A stretch of 53,737 nt of DNA from a virus (IMGVR_UViG_3300017745_000008:1-53737); one strand, 5' to 3'; numbered from the stretch's first letter, positions 26,541 to 35,642 are shown. The notes: generated from the sequence alone by a model not told the origin. Made by a program: numbers and translations.

Positions 26541-29169
26541 TTTCTTTCTTTTGTTGAGATACAGTGTTAGTGCTAGAGTCGGCAGCTTTGCGGAAAATAA
26601 GATCAATTTCAATAGATGAGAGCCACGCGTTTGCCACAGGAAGCTCATAAATCTCGTAATTGTATCTCATCCAGGCCCAACACCAAGCATGAGCAACTTG
26701 GAATAAAGCCGCGAGCCTTTCTGCTTCTTCCTTTGGACACATATACAGAATACTGTCATGTACTGACATATTGAACTTAGCATTGAGTTTGTGGTCTTTG
26801 ATAAGCCATTCCATCGCGGTCATAAATGCATGAAGCATAGCACTACCCGTGGATTGAATACACCAGTTATTTCTCATTGTCCAGAAGTCGTCGCCAACTG
26901 ATGATGGACGGAAGGCAGTTGACATTTTTGTGCCACTTAGAGGATTAATAGGCGTCTTTTCACAGGCAATCTTAGCCATTTCATTGTAGGCATAAGAGTC
27001 AGATCCGCCGATTAGTTCTCTCATTCCTCGATAAGCTTTCCGGCCTTTCTTAATCTCGATGAGTTTCTTACCCATGTCTACGGCCTGTTTCATAGAGATG
27101 GATTTGTTTCCTTTACGGATAGTGTTAGCCAAGGTCTTAGCTCCGCATCCATAAAGCATCCCGTAGTTACATCCTTTAGCAACGGCTCTGGAGATCCCAA
27201 TCGCCCTGGCGGTCATCGAGTGCATGTCAGTTCCGTTGTCTTTTGACCCTGCAAGAATGGCGTGCGAGTACTGAGTTGACCCAGCCACTTTGTAATAGGA
27301 ATCAGCAAAGATGGAAGCAACAACAGCTTCTTGGGCATCAAAATCTGATTCAACAAAAACCCAACCATCAGGAGCTTGTACTCGGGTTTTGATCTCGGAT
27401 CCAATTTTATCATACTTTGGATCAGGAACGGTGAGCCAGAGATTTTCTCCAGCACGATTAGTAGAAGTATTGTGAGGGACCGATGCTGGAACAATAAGAT
27501 TGAATTCTTTACCGAGAGGATTTTTGACTTTAGCGACATTTTGTTCACGAACTCGGCTTCTAACCGATGTCCAATAGGATACGTTAATTGCAAGCTTAAT
27601 TAGTTCTTTAGCTTGAGGGAGATCAGAGCTAAGCATCCCAGACTCAAAATCGTCGTTGTAGTCTTTTGACAATACTCCTCCGACATTCTCTCCTTCTCCT
27701 TTAGGGTGGGGAAGCCTAACGTACTCTCCTATATCTTTGCTAAAGAAGCACCAGCCTCTATCAGAAAAATAGGTCATAGGCTTATCATCCCACTTAAGAC
27801 GAAGTAGGAAGTGAGATAGACGATTCTTAGTAGAGATACCACCGATAACAAGTTTATTACCTTCTTCGGTTTCTTGGATTTCTGAAACGCTTCTTAGCCA
27901 CTTGGGGATTCCGTACCACTTAGAAGAGGGTTTCCCAGCTTTTGTGAGTTTGAAGTTACACTCCCAATCCATCTGAGATAGCCAAGGATCAGAATCTGCA
28001 TCAATCTCTCCTTGGTTCCAGGCGTTATAGATCTCTTGAGCCATCTCTCCTAGAATCTCTTCCTGTCTAGAGATGGAGTCTCTCCAAATTTTCTCGCAGC
28101 CTTCAAACCACTCAGCCCAGTCATCTACAACAGGAAGGAAAGCCGAAGAGATTCCAAAGTGCCCAAGTAGAGTAGTTAGAGACGGGTTGTTCTGAAGGTA
28201 CTTAAGAATGACAATAGAGAAGAGCTCTTGAGTAATCTCTGCGTCTTTAAGAGCGTATTGAGTCAAATCTTCATGGAGCTCACAAATTTGCTCCATGGTC
28301 TCGCTAACTACAAACACGTCCCTAATCTTTTTATCTGCCGGCTCCAAACGTTTCATCGGCCGACAATGAAAGTTATAGCAATCAATAAGGCTATTAAGTG
28401 ATCCTTTATCCGCCCAGATAGGATCAGCTTTGTAACTAGATTTTTTAGTTGCTTTTTGTACGTACCACCATCTCTGCCCGGAAGCCAGTCCACTCACGTT
28501 AATATGAGCAGACATGGTATCAAACCAGTAATTCTTCTTGGCGATATCGTAAGATTCTTCACAACGAGCTCGGTCATAAGCAACGTTATGAGCGATGAAG
28601 ATCTTATCATTACCTACAGGGACAAGAGTGGTGTAATACTCGATAGAAGGATCTACGTAGCACTCGTGCATCCAGATATAGTAAGCAGTATCGGTGACTG
28701 CAGTGGCAAGGATAGGATGAGAGAAGTCAGATCCTTTAACAAAGGTCTCGCAGTCAAAAACAGCAATGGCTTCTTCGATTCCTTCTGGATGAGTAGTTTT
28801 AAATCCAGTTTTAGTCGGAGTATACTTGGTCCATCCCGGCGTGTTAACGATATATTCTGTATCAGGCTTTTTAGGCAGCTCAGAGTAAGCAAAATCTTTC
28901 ATGATTTTGATTTGGTCCGATACAAGAGCTTTAGAGATATTTTCAAAGTGCTCTTTAATATTATCTCCTTTTAACCCCGGAAGTTTGAAATCTTCCATGA
29001 AAAACTCTTTTGGGTTTTCTATGGGAAAAGTTACACCGAAGTTCTCCATAGAAGACTTGATGCTTTTGACGGTATCTTGTCTTACTGGCGTCGTGTCTAC
29101 ATTACCAAAAACCTGCCTGTTCATTTTGTCTGAGAGAACTGCGTATCCCAGAGCATTAAGCTTAGACAT
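26485..29169 (-). CDS. Family A DNA polymerase, mitochondrial Pol-gamma-like
   Basis: Exo VFDCET, AHNVAYDRAR, FDTMSAH, YALKD; TNRAGENLWLT; IGSEIKTRVQAPDGWVFVESDFDAQE; GTDMHSMTARAIGISRAVAKGCNYGMLYG; SVHDS; start set at MSKL because a promoter occupies 29192-29220. Confidence 0.95.
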   Translation of the reverse strand: MSKLNALGYAVLSDKMNRQVFGNVDTTPVRQDTVKSIKSSMENFGVTFPIENPKEFFMEDFKLPGLKGDNIKEHFENISKALVSDQIKIMKDFAYSELPKKPDTEYIVNTPGWTKYTPTKTGFKTTHPEGIEEAIAVFDCETFVKGSDFSHPILATAVTDTAYYIWMHECYVDPSIEYYTTLVPVGNDKIFIAHNVAYDRARCEESYDIAKKNYWFDTMSAHINVSGLASGQRWWYVQKATKKSSYKADPIWADKGSLNSLIDCYNFHCRPMKRLEPADKKIRDVFVVSETMEQICELHEDLTQYALKDAEITQELFSIVILKYLQNNPSLTTLLGHFGISSAFLPVVDDWAEWFEGCEKIWRDSISRQEEILGEMAQEIYNAWNQGEIDADSDPWLSQMDWECNFKLTKAGKPSSKWYGIPKWLRSVSEIQETEEGNKLVIGGISTKNRLSHFLLRLKWDDKPMTYFSDRGWCFFSKDIGEYVRLPHPKGEGENVGGVLSKDYNDDFESGMLSSDLPQAKELIKLAINVSYWTSVRSRVREQNVAKVKNPLGKEFNLIVPASVPHNTSTNRAGENLWLTVPDPKYDKIGSEIKTRVQAPDGWVFVESDFDAQEAVVASIFADSYYKVAGSTQYSHAILAGSKDNGTDMHSMTARAIGISRAVAKGCNYGMLYGCGAKTLANTIRKGNKSISMKQAVDMGKKLIEIKKGRKAYRGMRELIGGSDSYAYNEMAKIACEKTPINPLSGTKMSTAFRPSSVGDDFWTMRNNWCIQSTGSAMLHAFMTAMEWLIKDHKLNAKFNMSVHDSILYMCPKEEAERLAALFQVAHAWCWAWMRYNYEIYELPVANAWLSSIEIDLIFRKAADSSTNTVSQQKKENDGHSVTIKDLIPVFEDL

Positions 29170-29191
29170 AGGTTGCTGAGTAGTTTTTACT

Positions 29192-29220
29192 ATTATAGAC
29201 CATACAAAGCTTTTTGTCAA
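29192..29220 (-). promoter_or_regulatory. Sigma70-type promoter
   Basis: TTGACA-N17-TATAAT, perfect consensus. Confidence 0.9.
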
Positions 29221-29918
29221 TACTGAATTAAAAACTCTTCACGGTCAATATAGTACATCCCTACTCCCTCGAAGTTAGTGGCGTCGATTATTCGCAAGTT
29301 CTTGCGTATGTACGGATAGCCGTAGTGCCCGAATATATAGATATCATCTTTGCGAGTACAATAGTTTTCAAGATTATCTTTCCACCAAGGAAAGCCTGGG
29401 CCTGAAAGAATACTGTTTCTATTTAATTTTGTAATCTCTTCTGAGTATAGCGCGTGACCCAGCCTATATTTTTTGTTGTTTGCTTGTACTGTTGCCGTAA
29501 GAGGGCATCTTGCTAGCCAAGAAATGATGTCTAGTCTATCGTTAAAATTTAAATCTTTAAGAGACCTTAGGGTATATTTTGTTTCTTTTTTAATAATTTT
29601 TTCTTCTGGAGTAACTAAGTTCTCTAAAATATAATTCTCGTTGTTTCCTAGCAACAGAGTTATTTTTCCCTGCATGCTTTTATTTATAACGTACTGAAGC
29701 ATTCTTACAGGAGAAGTTTTCTTTGTCTTCTTAAAGAAAGGTTTGTGATGAATTACGTCTCCTATTAGTATGTAATGATACTCAGGAGACTTATTTACAA
29801 TTTTTTCTAGAGTGTCGATTCTTCCATGTAAATCTCCAATAACGCAGTACTTATCCCTCTGCGGCAATAATAGGTGACCACCAATGTGGGGTTTCAGTTT
29901 TCCAAGTGGCAAATTCAT
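29217..29918 (-). CDS. Metallophosphoesterase (Ser/Thr phosphatase-like)
   Basis: IGDLHG, GDVIHH, GNNE, GHA, FGHYG motifs; start uncertain. Confidence 0.8.
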   Translation of the reverse strand: MNLPLGKLKPHIGGHLLLPQRDKYCVIGDLHGRIDTLEKIVNKSPEYHYILIGDVIHHKPFFKKTKKTSPVRMLQYVINKSMQGKITLLLGNNENYILENLVTPEEKIIKKETKYTLRSLKDLNFNDRLDIISWLARCPLTATVQANNKKYRLGHALYSEEITKLNRNSILSGPGFPWWKDNLENYCTRKDDIYIFGHYGYPYIRKNLRIIDATNFEGVGMYYIDREEFLIQY

Positions 29919-30366
29919 GTTTATGCATACAATAATACTTACGGTAAGCCGCTACAGCATCGCCTTCTATTTTACACTCATCCGGCATTGCTTGAGTAAA
30001 GTCTGTCATATCATGGGGGAGCTTTTTAGACAGAGCAATACGGGTTCTGAGCAAAGACTTAAGACTATCTTTGCCTCCGTGGGGATGGCCAAATCGCTTT
30101 TCAAATTCAGAGCAAAGGGCCTCTGTCAGGTGGTAGGCAAAAGCCCAGTTTCCAAAAGACTTACCCATCCATAGAGTACAAGGATGTTTCCTGAACATCT
30201 TTGTTTTATAGAACTCACCATTAGTTCGTCTTGCGGGATCAAGGTCATTAACTACAGCAACAATGCTCATCATTTGAAGATGTTCAACAATCATCTTGTT
30301 AACATGCTTGTCGCAATGGTATTGTGCTGCCTTAACCGGATCTTTATCCAGTACAAATACATTCAT
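29851..30366 (-). CDS. Pyrimidine-dimer DNA glycosylase (DenV)-like protein
   Basis: MNVFVLDKDP..AA..HCDKHV.KM, HPCT.W, QAMP, AYRKYY. Confidence 0.75.
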   Translation of the reverse strand: MNVFVLDKDPVKAAQYHCDKHVNKMIVEHLQMMSIVAVVNDLDPARRTNGEFYKTKMFRKHPCTLWMGKSFGNWAFAYHLTEALCSEFEKRFGHPHGGKDSLKSLLRTRIALSKKLPHDMTDFTQAMPDECKIEGDAVAAYRKYYCMHKHEFATWKTETPHWWSPIIAAEG

Positions 30367-30389
30367 AGCACTTTAGCTTATACTATATA

Positions 30390-30418
30390 ATCTTAGACTA
30401 AAACGATGTATATGTCAA
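30390..30418 (-). promoter_or_regulatory. Sigma70-type promoter
   Basis: TTGACA-N17-TAAGAT. Confidence 0.75.
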
Positions 30419-30543
30419 CTGTTATTGAGTTCGTCAGCCGCCAGCTTTAAGATATAATAAATTGCGTAGGTTGCGCCTAGTACGCACAGAGCAACCATTA
30501 TGTTTACGCTCCACACCGGATCAGCAACGTTAGATAGTCCCAT
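30415..30543 (-). CDS. Small membrane protein (42 aa)
   Basis: MGLSNVADPVWSVNIMVALCVLGATYAIIYILK..., below ORF-track cutoff. Confidence 0.55.
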   Translation of the reverse strand: MGLSNVADPVWSVNIMVALCVLGATYAIYYILKLAADELNNS

Positions 30544-30551
30544 TGTTATAC

Positions 30552-30638
30552 CTAGTTAGGATAAGCGTTATTAAGACCCCACAACACAAAAATTAAGATG
30601 GAAGAGGTCAATAGTAAAGACGTGAAATATAGTTTCAT
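30552..30638 (-). CDS. Small membrane protein (28 aa)
   Basis: MKLYFTSLLLTSSILIFVLWGLNNAYPN. Confidence 0.5.
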   Translation of the reverse strand: MKLYFTSLLLTSSILIFVLWGLNNAYPN

Positions 30639-30696
30639 CAGTTAGAGAGTATAGATAGTATAAATAAAAAAATGCCAAATAACAAAAAAATAATAA

Positions 30697-30996
30697 TTAC
30701 TGCAATTTGAGTTTCCATAGTTCTAAAAAATAGCGATCAACTATATATAAGTCTCTTGTAGGAGGCTTAAGCTCCACGTTCTCGGCCCATTCTTTGCACA
30801 ATGCTTTCATATCTGGAGATATTTTATTCGGTAAAAACATCCTTCCAAAAGAAGACATCGCAAAAGCGTACCTCATTTTAATGTGCTGTTCCATTTCCCT
30901 TGTACTTGTCGGATTCATAATAGACATTTTCACCCTTTCTGTACCCGAAATATGCGGTGGCACATAGAAAGGGTAGTGTTCCCCAAAGTAAGACAT
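30697..30996 (-). CDS. Hypothetical cyanophage protein
   Basis: 99 aa ORF in operon. Confidence 0.6.
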   Translation of the reverse strand: MSYFGEHYPFYVPPHISGTERVKMSIMNPTSTREMEQHIKMRYAFAMSSFGRMFLPNKISPDMKALCKEWAENVELKPPTRDLYIVDRYFLELWKLKLQ

Positions 30997-31008
30997 TGGC
31001 TAAAGTCA

Positions 31009-31197
31009 TCAGTTTTTTTCCTCGTAGCTCTTAATCAACCTTGTTACTTGTTTTTTATCGCATCCGCAAGGAGCATTGTTTAGGCACCTAAGGATTAATT
31101 CGTTGTCTGTGATAGAAGGTTTAATTGTAAACCCCCACTTATCTACTTCACCTTCAGTAGGTGCTTCTACGCTGGTGATCCTAAAAAGGTCTGTCAT
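31009..31197 (-). CDS. Hypothetical cyanophage protein
   Basis: 62 aa, ATGA overlap with gnd. Confidence 0.6.
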   Translation of the reverse strand: MTDLFRITSVEAPTEGEVDKWGFTIKPSITDNELILRCLNNAPCGCDKKQVTRLIKSYEEKN

Positions 31198-32243
31198 CTT
31201 ACGTTGTGACCTCCAAACATGTATCGCATCCCGTTAAGAACTTTATTAGCAAATGTTCCTAATCCTCTAGAGTTGAACCGCTCAAATAATGCGGCACTAA
31301 GGACAGGAGCAGGAACCCCAAGATCCACAGCAGCATGAACAGTCCAGCGTCCCTCGCCGCTATCACTAACACCCCCATCAAATCTATCAAGTTTTTTATC
31401 CTCCCGGAGTGCAGCAGCTGTAAGATCGAGTAACCAGCTCCCAACAACGCTACCACGGCGCCAAAGCTCAGCCACCTCACTAACGTCAACATCATAGCAA
31501 TAGGACTCAGGATCCGCCATAGGTGCAACCTCAGCGTCTCCTTTTTTAACGTATTCTGATCCTGCGTTTGCTTCATTTAAAATGTTAAAACCTTCGGCAT
31601 ATGCCTGCATAATTCCGTACTCTATGCCATTATGAACCATTTTTACAAAGTGGCCGGCTCCAGCGGGACCACAATGCAACCATCCGTTTTCTGCAGATGT
31701 CTCTCGGCCTAAAGGATCTGTGCGAGTGGCAGCTCCAAGACCTGGGGCAAGTGCTCGAAAAATTGGGGAACAGACGGAAACCGCATGAGTTGAACCGCCG
31801 ACCATGAGGCAATACCCACGCTCCAGACCATAAACTCCACCAGAAGTGCCACAGTCAATATACTGAATACCCAGCTTTTCAAGTCGTTCCGCCCTTTTAC
31901 GGGAATCTTTAAAATTGCTATTACCATGATCGATGATAATATCGCCTTCATTGCAACCAGCTTGTATAAGATCATTAATTGTTTCCTCAACGAGTTCTGC
32001 AGGAATGACTAGCTGAAAAATGCCTGGGATTTTTCCGGCGCTAGTATGTGAGGCAGCATCACTTTTAACTGCTTGTACAAGGTACTTTAACGAGGTAGTA
32101 AAGCCACTAATATACCCAGCTTCGTATTGCTCTTCTGCTTTTGCTACATTGTTTCTGTAGCCCCAGGTTTCAATACCGGCCTTTATCATGCGGCGAGACA
32201 TTCCCTCGCCCATACGACCCAACCCAATAATTCCTACTTTCAT
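31194..32243 (-). CDS. gnd: 6-phosphogluconate dehydrogenase
   Basis: GLGRMG, IIDHGNS, DCGTSGG, GHFVKMVHNGIEYG, DSGEGRW, FGGH. Confidence 0.97.
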   Translation of the reverse strand: MKVGIIGLGRMGEGMSRRMIKAGIETWGYRNNVAKAEEQYEAGYISGFTTSLKYLVQAVKSDAASHTSAGKIPGIFQLVIPAELVEETINDLIQAGCNEGDIIIDHGNSNFKDSRKRAERLEKLGIQYIDCGTSGGVYGLERGYCLMVGGSTHAVSVCSPIFRALAPGLGAATRTDPLGRETSAENGWLHCGPAGAGHFVKMVHNGIEYGIMQAYAEGFNILNEANAGSEYVKKGDAEVAPMADPESYCYDVDVSEVAELWRRGSVVGSWLLDLTAAALREDKKLDRFDGGVSDSGEGRWTVHAAVDLGVPAPVLSAALFERFNSRGLGTFANKVLNGMRYMFGGHNVR

Positions 32244-32352
32244 TTGGTTTTGTGTGCTATTAGTATTTTAACTAGTTTTTGTCTATTTGGGAACCATGTT
32301 ATGCATTGAGTATATTTACTCTAAGTTCTTGCGGCAATCAACTATTTTTTTT

Positions 32353-32943
32353 TTAACAGTCATTAAATACACTACCGACTTGCGAACCAAGTGATGATCC
32401 TGCCTTCTGTCCTAAGAGCAATGCCCATCCACCCGCCAACCAACCTACATAAGGAATACTAGAAACTGCAGGAACCACCACACCGGCGGCGATAGCGCTA
32501 CCTGCCATCGCACCTTGTGACCGTGCTCCAGCGTCCGCCGCTATGCACTCTGCGCTTTTTGCACTCAACTTTCCCTCAGGGTCTAAGACGCTACCTCCCA
32601 TGTTACGAGTACCTTCCATAGTAAATTGATCGCTACGGAATTCAGTCCTCTTTTCAGTTCCTCCACCGAACCAGCCTTTCTTGGTTGCATCAAGTGTCAT
32701 GGATCTATTCGACTCTAGGACTTTGGGATCATTAGCACGATACTCGATCTCGTACCCATTTTTACCCGCTTTAAGTGTATAAGATGAATATTCACCCTTA
32801 GGGATATTGATCATTGGCGCAGACGGCTCAGGCTTTATTAAGTAACCTAAGATGCCAATGTGGGCTACGCCAACCAATGTTCCTACTCCTAGGGCAAACC
32901 ATTTGAGCGAGGATGCCTTATTTTTATCGTTGTTTTCTACCAT
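32353..32943 (-). CDS. Membrane-anchored protein with glycine-zipper C-terminus
   Basis: N-terminal TM helix; GAMAGSAIAAG...GSSLGSQVG. Confidence 0.65.
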   Translation of the reverse strand: MVENNDKNKASSLKWFALGVGTLVGVAHIGILGYLIKPEPSAPMINIPKGEYSSYTLKAGKNGYEIEYRANDPKVLESNRSMTLDATKKGWFGGGTEKRTEFRSDQFTMEGTRNMGGSVLDPEGKLSAKSAECIAADAGARSQGAMAGSAIAAGVVVPAVSSIPYVGWLAGGWALLLGQKAGSSLGSQVGSVFNDC

Positions 32944-32962
32944 ATAGTCTCCTCTACATAAT

Positions 32963-32985
32963 AAAAAAGACCCTGTACTAGGGCC
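32963..32985 (-). terminator. Rho-independent terminator
   Basis: GGCCCT-AGTAC-AGGGTC-TTTTTT after CP12. Confidence 0.65.
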
Positions 32986-32998
32986 CGTTATTTATCCT

Positions 32999-33211
32999 TT
33001 AATCTTCATAGATCCGACACTCGTCGGTCTCAGGATTCATCTCGCAATATAACTCTAGCGGAGAAGGATCGTGATGGTCCTCTGGATGCTCTTTATGATA
33101 GTATTCTAGTTCTTCAAGCTCTCCCTCAATATGACGTCGTTGATTAGGTGAGGTCATGGGGTTGTCAAGGATTTCTTTGTCCTTGGCGATATGTTCTTCG
33201 ATGTTTTTCAT
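32999..33211 (-). CDS. cp12: CP12 Calvin-cycle inhibitor (phage type)
   Basis: C-terminal PLELYCEMNPETDECRIYED. Confidence 0.93.
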   Translation of the reverse strand: MKNIEEHIAKDKEILDNPMTSPNQRRHIEGELEELEYYHKEHPEDHHDPSPLELYCEMNPETDECRIYED

Positions 33212-33213
33212 GT

Positions 33214-33642
33214 TTACTTGGATTCTTTGTATTCAGAGAAAGAGGCGTACCCTCTTAGTTTTACCAATTGGTCATAAGCACCGCCACCCTTTTCTATTTT
33301 AGTCCCTCCATCATAACACCATGCGAAGCCATCTTCAACAATTTTTTTGTTAAAACATTCTTCACCTTTGTAAAACCAGCCGAGCATACGGCCGTATTTT
33401 CCGTCCTTTTCGGTCCTTACTTCAATCTCCTTAGGGTCGCAACCAAACCAGTTTTCTGCATATTCAGTTGCATCTAACCCTAGGAGCTTCTCGTCTTTGT
33501 CTCTAGTGCGTTTTTCTGGAGTATCGATCCCAGCAATCCTACAACGTTCTTTTTTATATAGACCAAATCCTAGATCAAGGATAACATCAACAGTATCTCC
33601 GTCGACTACTCTAGCTACTTCTTTAATTCTGTATTCGTACAT
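33214..33642 (-). CDS. Thermonuclease (SNase) family nuclease
   Basis: VVDGDT, RIAGIDTPE, GKYGRMLG. Confidence 0.88.
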   Translation of the reverse strand: MYEYRIKEVARVVDGDTVDVILDLGFGLYKKERCRIAGIDTPEKRTRDKDEKLLGLDATEYAENWFGCDPKEIEVRTEKDGKYGRMLGWFYKGEECFNKKIVEDGFAWCYDGGTKIEKGGGAYDQLVKLRGYASFSEYKESK

Positions 33643-33731
33643 GAGCTTTTTTCTTTCTTTAATCTAGAAAGAATTAACTTTGCGTACGATACATCGGCAT
33701 CAGAATAATTGCTAGGATATTTTTTAGCCAT
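33615..33731 (-). CDS. Small basic hypothetical protein (38 aa)
   Basis: MAKKYPSNYSDADVSYAKLILSRLKKEK..., fills the gap between two genes. Confidence 0.4.
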   Translation of the reverse strand: MAKKYPSNYSDADVSYAKLILSRLKKEKSSCTNTELKK

Positions 33732-33975
33732 TTTTATTATCTTTTTTGCTGCTTTTCTTGTATGCTTTTTCTTCATCTTGTCTTAGTACCTCGACGTCTT
33801 CTATATATCTTATAAACTCTTTTGCAATGTTGTTTATATTTTTGTTCCCTTGAGAAACCCAGAAGTCACAAAATTCGTAGACTTCGCGCTTTAGCGTAAA
33901 CATTTTACCTAGAAGTAACAAGGACCTCGCCCTTAGGTCCATGCGTTCTTTAGAATATCTCCAGTCGTTGTCCAT
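33724..33975 (-). CDS. Hypothetical cyanophage protein
   Basis: Start MDNDWRYS; the longer track ORF runs into tRNA-Val. Confidence 0.65.
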   Translation of the reverse strand: MDNDWRYSKERMDLRARSLLLLGKMFTLKREVYEFCDFWVSQGNKNINNIAKEFIRYIEDVEVLRQDEEKAYKKSSKKDNKNG

Positions 33976-33993
33976 GATTCTGTAATTTACAAA

Positions 33994-34065
33994 TGCTCGA
34001 AGAGGGGATCGAACCCCCGACAATCTCGGTGTAAACGAGGTGCTCTACCGCTGAGCTATTCGAGC
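33994..34065 (-). tRNA. tRNA-Val(TAC)
   Basis: GCTCGAATAGCTCAGCGGTAGAGC...TTTACAC loop...GGTTCGATCC...TTCGAGCA. Confidence 0.95.
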
Positions 34066-34071
34066 TAAGGC

Positions 34072-34743
34072 CTAAGCCTTTAAAAGAGTCTTTACTTCGT
34101 CCCAATCTTTGTCAAACTGGGCAAGTCCTGAGTCGGTTAGTACGTGGTTGTACATCTTCTCAAACACTTCTGGAGGCATAGTAACAATATGAGCTCCGTT
34201 ATAGAAAGCCCTAGTTACTTTATATACATCTCTAATAGACGCTGCCAACACTTTAGTCCTAACTCCTTGTTGGCAATATACTCCTGAGATAGACCTGACA
34301 ACCTCAGCTCCTGCTACGGAGTTATCATCGCATCTACCAATAAAGGGAGATACGTACGTTGCTCCTGCTTTTGCAGAGAGTATAGCCTGAGCGGCACTGA
34401 AGATAAGAGTTACATTAACTCTAATCCCCTGCTCAGAAAGAACTTTACAGGCAAATAGCCCTTCTTTAGTACATGGGACTTTAATTGTAGTAACATCTCC
34501 AAATTTCTCAAAGAGTCTCTTGCCTTCTTCGATCATTTGAAAGCCTGATCCAACAACCTCCATGCTAATGTCCTGAATACCAATGTCTTTGATCTCTTGG
34601 TATACATCGTCAGGCTTACGCCCATTCTTCCACAGTAAATCCTTTACAATGAGAGTTGGGTTGGTCGTAACACCATCGATGAGTCCAGTGGCAAAGTGAT
34701 TACGGATGACCTCTGTCTCGGCGGTGTCTAGAAAGATTTTCAT
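34072..34743 (-). CDS. talC: Transaldolase TalC
   Basis: MKIFLDTA, GVTTNPTLI, IKVP, NVTLIFS, YVSPFIGR, LAASIR. Confidence 0.96.
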   Translation of the reverse strand: MKIFLDTAETEVIRNHFATGLIDGVTTNPTLIVKDLLWKNGRKPDDVYQEIKDIGIQDISMEVVGSGFQMIEEGKRLFEKFGDVTTIKVPCTKEGLFACKVLSEQGIRVNVTLIFSAAQAILSAKAGATYVSPFIGRCDDNSVAGAEVVRSISGVYCQQGVRTKVLAASIRDVYKVTRAFYNGAHIVTMPPEVFEKMYNHVLTDSGLAQFDKDWDEVKTLLKA

Positions 34744-34766
34744 ATATATGGCTTAAAATGTTGGTT

Positions 34767-34934
34767 GGATGAAAGGATTACATTATACCTTCACTAAGAG
34801 GGAATCACTAATGCTAATAGGACTCTCAGACTTTCGGACGCCTTGGTATTGGCTTCTGACCGTAGTCAGCGGGCACCACCCCTGTCCTAATATACATTAC
34901 CCCGTGCCTCCACAAGGGTTATTCTGTCACATCC
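34767..34934 (-). ncRNA. manA-like structured RNA
   Basis: GGATG...CATCC closing stem, internal GGTGGTGCCCGCTG; sits between a tRNA and a sugar-metabolism gene, the known manA context in cyanophages; recognised from memory, not by covariance model. Confidence 0.72.
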
Positions 34935-34956
34935 TATGGAACTGATCAAGTTCCAA

Positions 34957-35028
34957 AGCGGGATATCGGACTCGAACCGACGACATTCAGCTTGGAAGGC
35001 TGACGTTCTACCACTGAACTAATCCCGC
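34957..35028 (-). tRNA. tRNA-Gly(TCC)
   Basis: GCGGGAT acceptor, TCAGC-CTTCCAA-GCTGA anticodon arm, GGTTCGAGTCC. Confidence 0.95.
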
Positions 35029-35039
35029 GATAGTACACA

Positions 35040-35642
35040 TTATACCATGTACTTCAACTTATTTACGTAGTCGTAGGCGTAAACCTCGCGGTTGCCTTTG
35101 ATACCCCATCCCAACCAATAGTAGGCGGGGATCATGTAATGAGTTACAGTTTGACCTCCACCCTCAAACCTAGGAAGAACGCGTTGAAAGATTGGTTCAT
35201 TAATCATCCATCGAGTCTGACCTTCTAATGACGAAGGATCACATTGAAACTTGGCACAGAAATTACCGAGCCCCTTGTACCTTCCAATAGAAGTCCATTG
35301 GATCAAACCGTACCCACCAACTTTACATTCTGTATATGAAACTCTAGCTCCACCTTCACAGATATCAGGGATAAATTTGCTCTCTTGCTTGATGTTACCC
35401 ATCAAAGTAGCAAGAGCGTTGCGGTCATAAATTTTTGTGCTTTCTTGTAATTTCTTGAGTACGTATTGCTCCTCTTTGGTGCAGTCTGGACATTTCCAGG
35501 TGGCTGCCACTTCTACTTCTGGCTTTGCTTCAACAGTCACCACGGCTTCAAGGGAAGGGGGTGGCGGAGCTATGAAAGGGAGTGCAGCAGCTCCTGCAAT
35601 GGAAGCTAAAACTACAAGCTGACTAATCATTTTAATTCTCAT
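35040..35642 (-). CDS. Phage tail-lysozyme-family muramidase with N-terminal signal/anchor
   Basis: ALATLMGNIKQES, GGYGLIQWT...R motifs. Confidence 0.75.
   Translation of the reverse strand: MRIKMISQLVVLASIAGAAALPFIAPPPPSLEAVVTVEAKPEVEVAATWKCPDCTKEEQYVLKKLQESTKIYDRNALATLMGNIKQESKFIPDICEGGARVSYTECKVGGYGLIQWTSIGRYKGLGNFCAKFQCDPSSLEGQTRWMINEPIFQRVLPRFEGGGQTVTHYMIPAYYWLGWGIKGNREVYAYDYVNKLKYMV

Noticed and set aside
26485-29169. Intein or intron in the polymerase (also checked for psbD)
   Set aside because: Motifs are colinear in continuous frames with no splice-junction signatures
29170-29220. Polymerase start at 29220
   Set aside because: The TTG is the -35 box of a perfect promoter; ATG 29169 is preferred
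33976-34023. N-terminal extension of ORF 33724..34023
   Set aside because: Overlaps tRNA-Val; a downstream ATG gives a sensible start
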